Source: Bacillota bacterium
GTDB taxonomy: Bacteria > Patescibacteriota > Patescibacteriia > Patescibacteriales > UBA12465
Direction: 5' to 3'
Length of the DNA: 64,000 nucleotides
NCBI GenBank assembly: GCA_050259635.1
Contig: JBLNBA010000004.1
Span: forward strand, 11,005-75,004
Shown: in pieces, positions 17,716 through 26,137 of the stretch
How positions within the stretch are numbered: position 1 is the first letter of the stretch
Layout of the letters: each line of letters starts with the position of its first letter
Program-made: the position numbers and the translations under genes
The notes under the pieces: generated by a model
The model's database searches: none
The model's input: only the letters and a program-made list of their open reading frames with translations
Told to the model about the DNA's origin: nothing

Positions 17716-17744
17716 ATTGTAGCAGACAATAGGATGGGGGGCAA
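17716..17744 (-). promoter_or_regulatory. candidate promoter of the csoR-copper operon (minus strand TTGCCC - 17 nt - TACAAT)
   Basis: Reverse complement of 17739-17744 is TTGCCC and of 17716-17721 is TACAAT, with a 17-nt spacer. The operator begins 4 nt downstream of the -10. Confidence 0.5.
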
Positions 17745-17751
17745 GGATATG

Positions 17752-17780
17752 AAAAAGCCCGTCATCTTTAGACAACGGGC
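17752..17780 (-). terminator. Rho-independent terminator of the upstream minus-strand membrane-protein gene
   Basis: GCCCGT...ACGGGC stem. The A-run on the plus strand (17752-17756) becomes the U-run on the minus transcript. It insulates the cop promoter. Confidence 0.6.
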
Positions 17781-17791
17781 GAGGCCGGGGA

Positions 17792-18196
17792 TTACGCATT
17801 AGCGACATTTTTTCTAAAACTTTTTTTTCCGACTGCATGACGGACATCATTGTCTAACAGCAGCAGCGCGTAAAAAATGGAGGCAAACGAAACTATGAAG
17901 GCGTTTAGACCGAAAATTTTCGACCAAAAGCCGATGAATACCGGCTGGCCAATGAGCCAACCGATGAAGGATAAGAGGGCGAAAAGCATCGTGATGCATC
18001 CCGCTCCTACGGGGAGATAAAAGAACCAAGAGTTTTGTTTTTTCTGGTAGCAAAAGAAATTAACTACCATGGAGATGAGTACGAAAGCGTAGAATTTTTG
18101 GACCGGACCGCCGGATACTGCAAGTATCAGGATGAGTCCAGCTAGGCATATCATGGTCAGAATGCCCGTAAGTCTTGATCGGCTTTTTGTTTTCAC
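17792..18196 (-). CDS. small hypothetical membrane protein (about 4 TM)
   Basis: 134 aa, four hydrophobic helices, no recognisable motif. Confidence 0.5.
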   Translation of the reverse strand: MKTKSRSRLTGILTMICLAGLILILAVSGGPVQKFYAFVLISMVVNFFCYQKKQNSWFFYLPVGAGCITMLFALLSFIGWLIGQPVFIGFWSKIFGLNAFIVSFASIFYALLLLDNDVRHAVGKKSFRKNVANA

Positions 18197-18301
18197 TTTC
18201 TTTTTTGTTGGTTAATGAATGAACTAAGCTAATTACACTACTTTTTTTAGCCATTGTCAAGAATAGATATTAAAGGGGGAAGAGTATAAAATGTATATAT
18301 T

Positions 18302-19492
18302 ATGATAAATGGCATGCCTTTGGCCGCTTTTCTGAGGCCAAAAAAGATCGAAGACTTGGTGGGGCAGGAACATCTGCTTTCTCAAGATGGCTGGCTCTTG
18401 CAAGCGATCAAAAATGACCGCGTGCCTTCCCTTATCTTCTGGGGCCCTCCCGGGACCGGCAAGACGACTATCGCTCAGTTGATTGCCAGCGAAACTAAGG
18501 CGGATTTCGTCCAGCTTTCGGCAACGGAAAGCGGGGTAAAGGATTTGAAGAAGATCATAGAACAGGCTCGTTCCGGCAAGCGTCTAGGGGTAAAGACAAT
18601 CCTTTTTATTGACGAGATCCATCGCTGGAATAAAGCGCAGCAAGATGCGCTTCTCCCCCAGGTAGAGAATGGTACGGTTATTCTTATCGGAGCGACCACC
18701 GAGAATCCGAGTTTTGCTGTTAATGGCGCTTTGCTGTCTAGAGTGAAAGTGGTCGTTCTCGAGGCCTTAAGCGAGACCCACCTGGCCGAGATAGTCAAAC
18801 GAGCGGCTAAAGCCCTGAAAGCTAAAGTAAAGCCGGATGCAGTTAGATTGGCGGCCAGGCTGGCTAACGGTGACGCCAGGCGGGCGATAAACCTCATCGA
18901 GTCGGCGGCGGAGCACTCTCCGCAGATCGGCCTTGATATTCTTAAGCAGATTATAAATAAGCCCAATCTTCTATACGATAAGACCGGGGAAGAACATTAT
19001 AATCTCATTTCTGCGCTTCATAAGTCGATGCGTGGCAATGACGCTGATGCTTCATTGTATTATTTAGCGCGCATGCTCGAAGCTGGTGAAGATCCGCTAT
19101 ATATTGCCCGGCGGATGGTGCGTTTTGCTAGTGAGGATATTGGTCTCGCTAATAACAGCGCCTTGCTCCTGGCAACCGCAGCCTTTGATGCCTGTAAGAA
19201 TATCGGGATGCCCGAATGCGGAGTGCATCTTGCTCACGCCGCCGCTTATCTCGCCAAGTCGCCAAAGAATATCGATGTCTATTTCGCCTATGAAGCGGCG
19301 GTGGCCGAAGTGAGAGCTAGCGGGAATCTGCCCGTTCCTTTGTATCTGCGCAATGCTCCAACAAAGCTGATGAAGGAGTTGGATTATGGCAAAGGCTATA
19401 AATACACTCCGCTTGAAGATGATTCCAGCCAGCAGTATCTGCCGGAAGCGATCAAAGGGAAGCGTTTCCTGAAGCCCAAGGGAAGGAAGTAA
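18302..19492 (+). CDS. rarA: replication-associated recombination protein A (AAA+ ATPase RarA/MgsA)
   Basis: GPPGTGKTT (Walker A), [18 protein letters not shown] (Walker B/sensor), and the C-terminal MgsA domain [27 protein letters not shown]. Confidence 0.9.
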   Translation: [396 protein letters not shown]

Positions 19493-20191
19493 TTAGTAGC
19501 GGCTTAGGGAAAAACGGTATCCGCGTCCGGGGATGGTATGGATAAAGTCTCTTTCGCCATGGATATTGAGTTTTTTCCGGAGACTCATGATATGGGCTTC
19601 GATCGTATTGGAAAAAGGATCGGCATTGGATTCCCAGACGCTATCCATGATTTGGCTGCGTGATAAGACTTCATCCTGACGGCGGAAGAAGAGCTCCAGA
19701 AGACAGTATTCTTTGCTGGTGAGATATATTCGACGGCCATTCCTAAGTGCTAGTTGGCTCTTGGTATCGAGAGCGAGCGGGCCGAGGCGCCAAGTCTTGT
19801 GGCTAATGAGAGCGGGGCGCCGCAGGAGGGCCTCTACCCGCCAGATGAACTCTTCGAAGAGAAAAGGCTTGGTAAGATAGTCGTCGGCCCCTTCTTGGAA
19901 CATAGCCTTTTTCTTATCAGGGTCGCCATGCACGGTTAGGGTTAATACCGGGGTGCGCAGTCCTTCCGCCCGGATATCCTTCAGGACGGAGAGGCCGTCC
20001 AGCTTGGGCAAATTGTAGTCCAGGACAACCAGGTCATAGGCGGAATTCTTCGCTAAGAGTGAACCGCGTTCACCGTCGCCGGCGGTATCAACGGAGTAAC
20101 CTCGGGACCTTAGGCCTTTAGCCAAGAAGGTAACGATGCCCTCTTCATCGTCAATAATGAGGATTTTCATAGATGATTCGCTTATGCTCAC
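19493..20191 (-). CDS. OmpR/PhoB-family response regulator (no adjacent histidine kinase)
   Basis: Receiver domain (ILIIDDE, DLVVLDYNLPKLDG, conserved K in LTKPF) and winged HTH (IHTIPGRGYRF). Confidence 0.88.
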   Translation of the reverse strand: MSISESSMKILIIDDEEGIVTFLAKGLRSRGYSVDTAGDGERGSLLAKNSAYDLVVLDYNLPKLDGLSVLKDIRAEGLRTPVLTLTVHGDPDKKKAMFQEGADDYLTKPFLFEEFIWRVEALLRRPALISHKTWRLGPLALDTKSQLALRNGRRIYLTSKEYCLLELFFRRQDEVLSRSQIMDSVWESNADPFSNTIEAHIMSLRKKLNIHGERDFIHTIPGRGYRFSLSRY

Positions 20192-20309
20192 TAGATTGGA
20201 GCTCTAGTATGATCATATACCTCCGACCATAACATCTCTTTAAACGATGTCTGAACGATTAGACAAGGCCCTGTTTTCTCCTCTATAATAAAAAGAACTT
20301 ATTATCTAT

Positions 20310-21584
20310 ATGGAAAAGACCAAACTTAGCAATCAGGAACCCAAAGGCACTAATGACTGGCTGCCCCGGGAGTTTGAAACGAGGAAATTTATTTTCGATA
20401 CCTGGCGCCGTGTCTGCCGTAGCTATGGCTTTGAAGAGTACCTCACGCCGATCGTCGAATCGGCGGATATTTATCGGGCGAAATCAGGAGAAGATATCGG
20501 CGGCAAGGAACTTGTCACTTTTACAGATCTCGGTGGGCGTGAACTTTCCATTCGTCCGGAGATGACGCCCTCGGTGACCCGCATGGTCTCAAAGATTTAT
20601 GCTTCTTCGCCTAAGCCGCTCAAGCTTTTCTCGATCGCCAATTTCATGAGGCAAGAGAAGCCCCAACGGGGGCGTAACCGGGAGTTCTGGCAGCTTAACT
20701 GCGACATTTTTGGCAGCGCTTCCTTAGGGGCGGATTTAGAAATCATCCAGCTATCGCTCGACATCATGAAGGCTTTCGGAGCACCGGAAGGATCTTTTGC
20801 ACTTTGTCTCAATAGCCGCCGTCTGTTAGATGCTATCTTGCCCGCGTTGGGAGTGAAGGATGTGAACACCACTGACGTTTTCCGTTTGCTCGATAAGTAC
20901 CAGAAGATTTCCGGGGAGGAATTCGTTTCTCGGCTCGCCGCTTTAGGAGTGGAGAAAGAAGCTTGCTCTTCCATCAAAGATTTCATGGATGGAAAGTCTG
21001 ATTTTGATTCTTTAGCGGGAAAGAACCAGGGCGTGAAGGAGGCGAAGCAGGAAATAGATTTTGTCCTATCCCAGCTGGCCGCTTTGGGATACACGCAAGC
21101 GAGATTCGACCCCACTGTTATCCGGGGATTCGATTACTATGATGGTTTGGTTTTCGAGGTGTTCGATAATCATCCGGATAACCGCCGGGCGCTTTTCGGT
21201 GGCGGGCGTTATAATGGCTTGGCGGAACTTTTCGGGGCGGAAAGCTTCCCATCGGTGGGAGTTGCGCCTGGCGATGAACCGATGAAGCTCTTTTTGGAGA
21301 GCTGGGATCTTTTGCCGAAAGCCGATGACCAGCGGTATTATCTTCCTTTACTAGATGCAGCTTTATTGGGCGAGACGCAAAAGCTAGCCGCCGCTTTGCG
21401 GAAAGAGGGAAAAGAGGTATTGTTTGCCTTTGAGCCGCAGCGTCCGGGAAAGGCTTTGGAATATGCCAATAAACAAGGGATAAAGAAAGTGGCAATTTTC
21501 GGTAGTGAAGAGAAGGCAGCAGGCATCTATAAGCTTAAAGATATGGAGATCGGGAGCGAGGAATCCATACCGCTGCCAGTTTGA
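20310..21584 (+). CDS. hisS: histidine--tRNA ligase
   Basis: Class II aaRS motifs: PKGTNDWLP, RPEMTPSVTR, FRQEKPQRGRNREFWQ, GGGRYNGL. C-terminal anticodon-binding domain. Confidence 0.92.
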   Translation: MEKTKLSNQEPKGTNDWLPREFETRKFIFDTWRRVCRSYGFEEYLTPIVESADIYRAKSGEDIGGKELVTFTDLGGRELSIRPEMTPSVTRMVSKIYASSPKPLKLFSIANFMRQEKPQRGRNREFWQLNCDIFGSASLGADLEIIQLSLDIMKAFGAPEGSFALCLNSRRLLDAILPALGVKDVNTTDVFRLLDKYQKISGEEFVSRLAALGVEKEACSSIKDFMDGKSDFDSLAGKNQGVKEAKQEIDFVLSQLAALGYTQARFDPTVIRGFDYYDGLVFEVFDNHPDNRRALFGGGRYNGLAELFGAESFPSVGVAPGDEPMKLFLESWDLLPKADDQRYYLPLLDAALLGETQKLAAALRKEGKEVLFAFEPQRPGKALEYANKQGIKKVAIFGSEEKAAGIYKLKDMEIGSEESIPLPV

Positions 21585-21612
21585 CAAATAACCCATAAGA
21601 TTCTAGTATATG

Positions 21613-21639
21613 AAAGCTGTCCTAAGGGCAGCTTTTGTT
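21613..21639 (+). terminator. Rho-independent terminator after hisS
   Basis: AAAGCTGTCC-taa-GGGCAGCTTT stem (one G-U pair) followed by a T-rich tail. Confidence 0.6.
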
Positions 21640-21671
21640 CACTTCAAACAACCAACACTAAAACCCAAGCA

Positions 21672-22337
21672 ATGGTAATCAAAGAAGTAATTCTGGACGC
21701 TGACGGACCGATAATCCTCAGTCCCGCCACTGACATCGGAAATTTTCAAATCGCCGCTGAGATGAACCAACTGCAGCGGCCTACCTCTTCCTTCCTAAAG
21801 AAGATTTGGGGGCGAGATTTGGAAGCGGAGATCTTGCCTGAACTTAGATTCCGCATGCTCTGGTCCGAGAGGCAAGCCGAGACTGTTTTAAAAACTTATC
21901 AACGACTAAGCGATGAAGCGGTTTATCCCATTCTCAGCGGCTTGAGAAAGACCCTGGAGACCCTTTCGTGCTCATGCAGTTTGGGCTTAATTAGTGGGCG
22001 AGATCTCGACTCTCTAGAAAGAAGGATGGTTGAAGCCGGACTTAATCTAAAGATTTTCCGGCACGTCGAATTAATGGAGAAGAAAATTTGCCACAAGCCT
22101 GATCCCCAGGTCCTTACCGGCTTCTGGAGGGATGGGTTTGATCCGATCCACACTGTTTATGTTGGCGACTCGGTCGATTATGATTATCGAGTGGCGATCG
22201 CTAATGAACCCCGTCTACCATTCATTGCGGTGAGGACCGGTCTTTCCGATTTTAGCGATTTCTGCCTGGCCGGTATCGAACTTAAGCATATCCTCAAAAA
22301 AACGACGGAATTACCGTCGGTTATTGGTCGGCTTTGA
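21672..22337 (+). CDS. HAD-superfamily hydrolase
   Basis: Motif I LDADGP. Late motif YVGDSVDYDY. 221 aa. Confidence 0.65.
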   Translation: MVIKEVILDADGPIILSPATDIGNFQIAAEMNQLQRPTSSFLKKIWGRDLEAEILPELRFRMLWSERQAETVLKTYQRLSDEAVYPILSGLRKTLETLSCSCSLGLISGRDLDSLERRMVEAGLNLKIFRHVELMEKKICHKPDPQVLTGFWRDGFDPIHTVYVGDSVDYDYRVAIANEPRLPFIAVRTGLSDFSDFCLAGIELKHILKKTTELPSVIGRL

Positions 22338-22351
22338 AAAATCAGAGCGCT

Positions 22352-22984
22352 TTAAACGGCGCTCTTTTCTTTTGGCCGGAAGGGGGCGAAACTCAAACGA
22401 TGCAGAGGGCAGGGGCCAAACTCTCGGATCTTCTCCAAATGCCTGGGGGTGCCATATCCTTTATGCTTGCCGAACTCATATTCAGGATATAGTTTGTCCG
22501 CTTCTGCCATGAGCCAGTCCCGACTTACTTTGGCGATTATGGAAGCAGCAGCGATGGCAAATACCTTAGCATCACCGTCAATAATGGCTTTCTGGGGAAT
22601 TTCCAAGCCAGGAATTTTTAGGTTGCCATCGACGAGAATAAAGTCGGGTTTTATCGTGAGCTTAGCAACCGCCTGTCGCATCGCCGAGAAGGTACTTTGC
22701 AGGATATTGATCCGATCAATGGCATGGTTGTTGATCGCGCTAATCTGGACGGCTGCCGCTTTCTGCTTGATGACATTGAAAAGCTTCTCTCGGCATTTAG
22801 CGGTGAGTTTTTTAGAATCGGCTACGAGTTCCAACTCAGGGCAATCGATGCGAAAATTCGCTGGCAAGACGACGCAGGCGGCAACTACCGGTCCGGCTAA
22901 AGGTCCGCGACCCGCTTCGTCGATTCCGCCCACCAGATTATAGCCGTCGGCAAAGAGTGATTGTTCTAAGGATAAATCAAGCAT
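22352..22984 (-). CDS. rnhB: ribonuclease HII
   Basis: GIDEAGRGPLAGPVV catalytic motif, DSKKLT, ASIIAKVSRD. Confidence 0.92.
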   Translation of the reverse strand: MLDLSLEQSLFADGYNLVGGIDEAGRGPLAGPVVAACVVLPANFRIDCPELELVADSKKLTAKCREKLFNVIKQKAAAVQISAINNHAIDRINILQSTFSAMRQAVAKLTIKPDFILVDGNLKIPGLEIPQKAIIDGDAKVFAIAAASIIAKVSRDWLMAEADKLYPEYEFGKHKGYGTPRHLEKIREFGPCPLHRLSFAPFRPKEKSAV

Positions 22985-23066
22985 GAGTTAATTATAGCAC
23001 TATTTATTGTCGTTTTTACCAGTCTTTACAAACCCGTCTGCCTGTGGCAATCTATAGGAAGCATAT

Positions 23067-23150
23067 GCCCGGATGGCGGAATTGGTAGACGCGCTAGCTT
23101 CAGGTGCTAGTCTTCGCAAGAGGGTGGGGGTTCGAGTCCCCCTTCGGGCA
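23067..23150 (+). tRNA. tRNA-Leu (anticodon CAG), class II with long variable arm, no encoded CCA
   Basis: Acceptor GCCCGGA/TTCGGGC (one G-U pair). Anticodon stem CTAGC/GCTAG with loop TTCAGGT. Variable arm TCTTCGCAAGAGGG. T-arm GGGGG-TTCGAGT-CCCCC. Discriminator A followed by CGT. Confidence 0.9.
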
Positions 23151-23158
23151 CGTATTTG

Positions 23159-23184
23159 ACGCTTTCAGGAGAGAGCGTTTTTTG
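23159..23184 (+). terminator. Rho-independent terminator after tRNA-Leu
   Basis: ACGCTTTC-agga-GAGAGCGT stem followed by TTTTTT. Confidence 0.65.
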
Positions 23185-23219
23185 TTGCCTTAATGCGAGC
23201 AGGATAATAGAATGATCTT

Positions 23220-25046
23220 ATGGAAAAGAAAGATAAACTAGCTATCGGCCTGGAACTGCTGTCCCCGGCGAAAAATTTCGCTTCCGGCAAGCTCGCTTTG
23301 GATAACGGAGCAGATGCCGTCTATATGGGGGCGCCGAAATTTGGAGCGCGCCAGGCCGTCGGTAACTCTTGGGAGGATATCAAGCGCCTGGCGGACTATG
23401 CGCATTTTTTTGGTGCCCGTGTCTATGTAGCCTTGAATACGATATTCTTCGAGGAAGAAATGGCGGCTATGCAGTCGGCTTTGGCTGAAGCCGGTAATGC
23501 CGGGATTGACGCTCTTATTATCCAGGATCCGGGGATCTTCGAGTTAAAGCTGCCTGCCATTCCGATTTTCTTGAGCACCCAGGCTAATAATATCGAGGCG
23601 GACCATATCTCCTTTTGGGAGGGTCTTGGCTGCAGCCGCGTGATCTTGGGAAGGGAATTATCCTTGGCCGAGATAAAGGGTATTAAGAATAAGACTAGTA
23701 TAAACTTAGAGTCTTTTGTCCATGGATCCTTATGCGCAAGCTATAGCGGTCGCTGTTATATCAGCCAGGCGATGTGCGGCCGAAGCGCTAATCGCGGCGC
23801 CTGCATCCAGGCCTGTCGCATGCAATATTCCTTGGAGGACGGGCAGGGGAGGGAGATAGGGAAGGAGAAGGCTTGGCTTTGCCTCAAGGATCTCAATCTA
23901 TCGAAAAGATTGGGGGAATTGGCTGCGGCAGGGATCACTTCTTTCAAGATTGAGGGGAGACTGAAAGATGAAGCCTACGCCGCTAATACCGCAGCCTCTT
24001 ACCGGGAAGAATTGGATAAGCTCATCTCGTGCTCAAATGGAAAATACCGTCGCGTTTCATACGGAAGAATCACGAGAAGTTTCATGCCTAACCTGGAAAA
24101 AAGTTTTAATCGCGGATTTACAGAATATAATCTGGACGCTCGGCCACGAGACTGGCTGGCCGTCTCGCCAGCGTCAAGAGGCGAGTATATAGGGAAGGTG
24201 GAAGGGGGTAATTCCAGGGCTTGGAAAATATCTGAATCTACTTCACTTAAGCCAGGGGATGGCTTGGTCTTCTTTCGGGACGGAGAGATGCTTGGCGGGG
24301 CGTTTGTAAATAGAGCGGACCGCTCGAGTGTCGCTTTTAATAAGGAGGTGGAATTGGAGCCTGGTGATATTGTGTGCCGGAACGAAGACCCTGCATACGA
24401 TCGGGCAGCCTCTTCTGAGGCCCAAAGGGAATTAGCCCTAGCTTTGGAATTATCTTTTTCTGGGGCAGGGCTTCATATCCAAGCTGATTGCGAAAATGGC
24501 TGTAATTTTTCCTGGGACTTGGAAATAGAGGGTGAGGTTCCAAAGGACCCGATAAAGGCGGCGGATAATGTTACTAAACAATTTCAGAAAACTGGTGGCA
24601 CCGGCTTTTATATATCATCCTTAGAGATAAATGGAGAGGTACCTTTTTTGCCGCTTTCGAAATTGAATGATCTGCGCCGGCAATTATTGGATAAAGCGCG
24701 CGTTGAAGTGGTAGCGGCCTATAAGGGCTTGCCGATGAAGTCGATTTCAAACGGAAGCCAGCCCTATCCGGAAAAGACGGTCGGCTTTGAACATAATGTC
24801 GCTAACCCATCCACCCGAGCTTTCTATGAGCGTCATGGCTGCCAAGTAGAAGAAATGGCGATGGAAGCGGACCATATAACCGAGGGCCGTCCCTTGATGG
24901 TTTTGAAACACTGCTTAAGGAGGGAAACCGGGCACTGCCTCAAAGATGGAGGATCCGCATCTCCCTTATATCTTGTTCGGGAAGGGAGACGCTATAGGCT
25001 GGAATTCGATTGCCTCCATTGCCAGATGAAGGTTTTTCTGGATTAG
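23220..25046 (+). CDS. U32-family protein (peptidase U32 / O2-independent RNA- or quinone-hydroxylase family) with C-terminal extension
   Basis: 608 aa. N-terminal TIM-like U32 core and the Cys cluster SLCASYSGRCYISQAMCGRSANRGACIQACR, typical of Fe-S-binding U32 proteins. Confidence 0.8.
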   Translation: MEKKDKLAIGLELLSPAKNFASGKLALDNGADAVYMGAPKFGARQAVGNSWEDIKRLADYAHFFGARVYVALNTIFFEEEMAAMQSALAEAGNAGIDALIIQDPGIFELKLPAIPIFLSTQANNIEADHISFWEGLGCSRVILGRELSLAEIKGIKNKTSINLESFVHGSLCASYSGRCYISQAMCGRSANRGACIQACRMQYSLEDGQGREIGKEKAWLCLKDLNLSKRLGELAAAGITSFKIEGRLKDEAYAANTAASYREELDKLISCSNGKYRRVSYGRITRSFMPNLEKSFNRGFTEYNLDARPRDWLAVSPASRGEYIGKVEGGNSRAWKISESTSLKPGDGLVFFRDGEMLGGAFVNRADRSSVAFNKEVELEPGDIVCRNEDPAYDRAASSEAQRELALALELSFSGAGLHIQADCENGCNFSWDLEIEGEVPKDPIKAADNVTKQFQKTGGTGFYISSLEINGEVPFLPLSKLNDLRRQLLDKARVEVVAAYKGLPMKSISNGSQPYPEKTVGFEHNVANPSTRAFYERHGCQVEEMAMEADHITEGRPLMVLKHCLRRETGHCLKDGGSASPLYLVREGRRYRLEFDCLHCQMKVFLD

Positions 25047-25096
25047 TTACGACCTTCCTGCTGCTTCGTTGTATTAGATATAATACGATAATTCAT

Positions 25097-25735
25097 ATGA
25101 AAAAACTCTTCGCTTTGTTCGTCCTAATTTTTCTTTCCGGCCTGGCCGGCAATGCCTCGGCGGGTGAAAGGGTGTGTAATCTCATGTACGCTCCGGTCTG
25201 CGGAGCGGATGGGGTAACTTATGGGAACCGCTGCCAGGCGGGCGAGGTGGTTGTGGCCCATGAAGGCGAATGCGAGGTTTTTAAGCAGTCTCTGGATTGC
25301 GATATTCGCTGCTTGAGGTATGATCCAGTTTGCGGAGACGATGGCCGGACCTTTGCTTGCGGACAGGCTGAGGCGGATTGCAAGGGGGTGATAGTGGTGA
25401 GGGAGGGCGAATGCGGAAAGGCAGTTGATAAAAAGAAGATGCTATCTTGCGGATTTACGGATAATGTCAAGCAGCATCGTTGTTTGATGCTGAAAGAGAA
25501 ACAGCTGTTCGAAAACTATCTACGGGTAGAAATTTCTTCCTTATCTCCAAGGAAACCGGTTTTGGGAGGGAAGTTCCAGGTAACCAAAATATCCTGGAAA
25601 GCTGATCGCCGAGCAATCGTGGAATTTGAGGACGGCCATATATCCCTTCAAGCGGAGACGCAAATAAGGCCGATTCGTAAAGGCAAGGATGTGGTTGGCG
25701 GGCAAGCTAGATATTTTAAGCTGAATGTAAAATAA
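25097..25735 (+). CDS. secreted protein with two Kazal-like domains plus an uncharacterised C-terminal domain
   Basis: Signal peptide MKKLFALFVLIFLSGLAGNASA. Domain 1 is CNLMYAPVCGADGVTYGNRCQAGEVVVAHEGEC (nt 25175-25273). Domain 2 is CDIRCLRYDPVCGDDGRTFACGQAEADCKGVIVVREGEC (nt 25298-25414). The PVCGxDGxTY core is the Kazal signature. The ORF track starts at 25010, inside the U32 gene; I use ATG 25097. Confidence 0.75.
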   Translation: MKKLFALFVLIFLSGLAGNASAGERVCNLMYAPVCGADGVTYGNRCQAGEVVVAHEGECEVFKQSLDCDIRCLRYDPVCGDDGRTFACGQAEADCKGVIVVREGECGKAVDKKKMLSCGFTDNVKQHRCLMLKEKQLFENYLRVEISSLSPRKPVLGGKFQVTKISWKADRRAIVEFEDGHISLQAETQIRPIRKGKDVVGGQARYFKLNVK

Positions 25736-25789
25736 GCGCTTCTTGATAAATACTACGGGATGTGATAAATAGATAAATAAATCATGTCT

Positions 25790-25863
25790 GGTCGTTTAGC
25801 TCAGCTGGTTAGAGCGCTGCATTCACATTGCAGAGGTCAGTGGTTCGAGTCCACTAACGACCA
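25790..25863 (+). tRNA. tRNA-Val (anticodon CAC), no encoded CCA
   Basis: Acceptor GGTCGTT/AACGACC. D-arm TAGCTCAGCTGGTTAGAGC. Anticodon stem CTGCA/TGCAG with loop TTCACAT. T-arm AGTGG-TTCGAGT-CCACT. Discriminator A followed by CTA. Confidence 0.9.
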
Positions 25864-25894
25864 CTACTTAGGAGGGAAGAGATAAAGCATCATC

Positions 25895-25917
25895 AAATCC
25901 GGTTAACCGGATTTTTT
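25895..25917 (+). terminator. Rho-independent terminator after tRNA-Val
   Basis: AAATCCGG-ttaa-CCGGATTT perfect stem followed by a T-run. Confidence 0.7.
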
Positions 25918-26137
25918 GTATATAAAAAAGGGCGTGTATATAATTAATATACGCGCCCTCAAAAGCGGCAATAAAAGCAGCAAATTGCCGCTCATCCCTT
26001 CCTTAAATGAACTGAAAGACATTTTACAATAAATGCTTTAGTCCGTCAAGATATTAAAATCGGGCCTGCTTTGTTGCTTATATTAGATTTTTCTCGACTG
26101 TATGGTAAAATGATAGATATTCAACAATTTTAACCAT

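Noticed and set aside
20192-20309. Possible T-box or other riboswitch leader upstream of hisS (and cysS)
   Set aside because: The hisS spacer is only 118 nt and I found no specifier/antiterminator arrangement or T-box consensus. cysS has no upstream spacer at all.
25010-25096. 5' extensions given by the ORF track (25010, 26574, 28815, 30774, 50475, 1285, 35618, 37643)
   Set aside because: Each extension overlaps the preceding well-supported gene, or lies upstream of a predicted promoter or terminator. Internal ATG codons give signal peptides, ATGA stop/start couplings or canonical N-termini instead.
23067-25863. tRNA-Leu to tRNA-Val interval as an integrated genomic island
   Set aside because: I could not find a direct repeat of either tRNA 3' end (att-like site), an integrase or other mobility genes. 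The U32 gene looks like ordinary core content. The Kazal gene may still be laterally acquired, but the interval is not a recognisable mobile element.
25864-26137. SRP RNA, tmRNA or RNase P RNA in the largest intergenic spacer
   Set aside because: The hairpins lack the conserved SRP domain IV motif, and no tRNA-like end or RNase P conserved regions are visible. I keep only a low-interest note about unexplained stem-loops.
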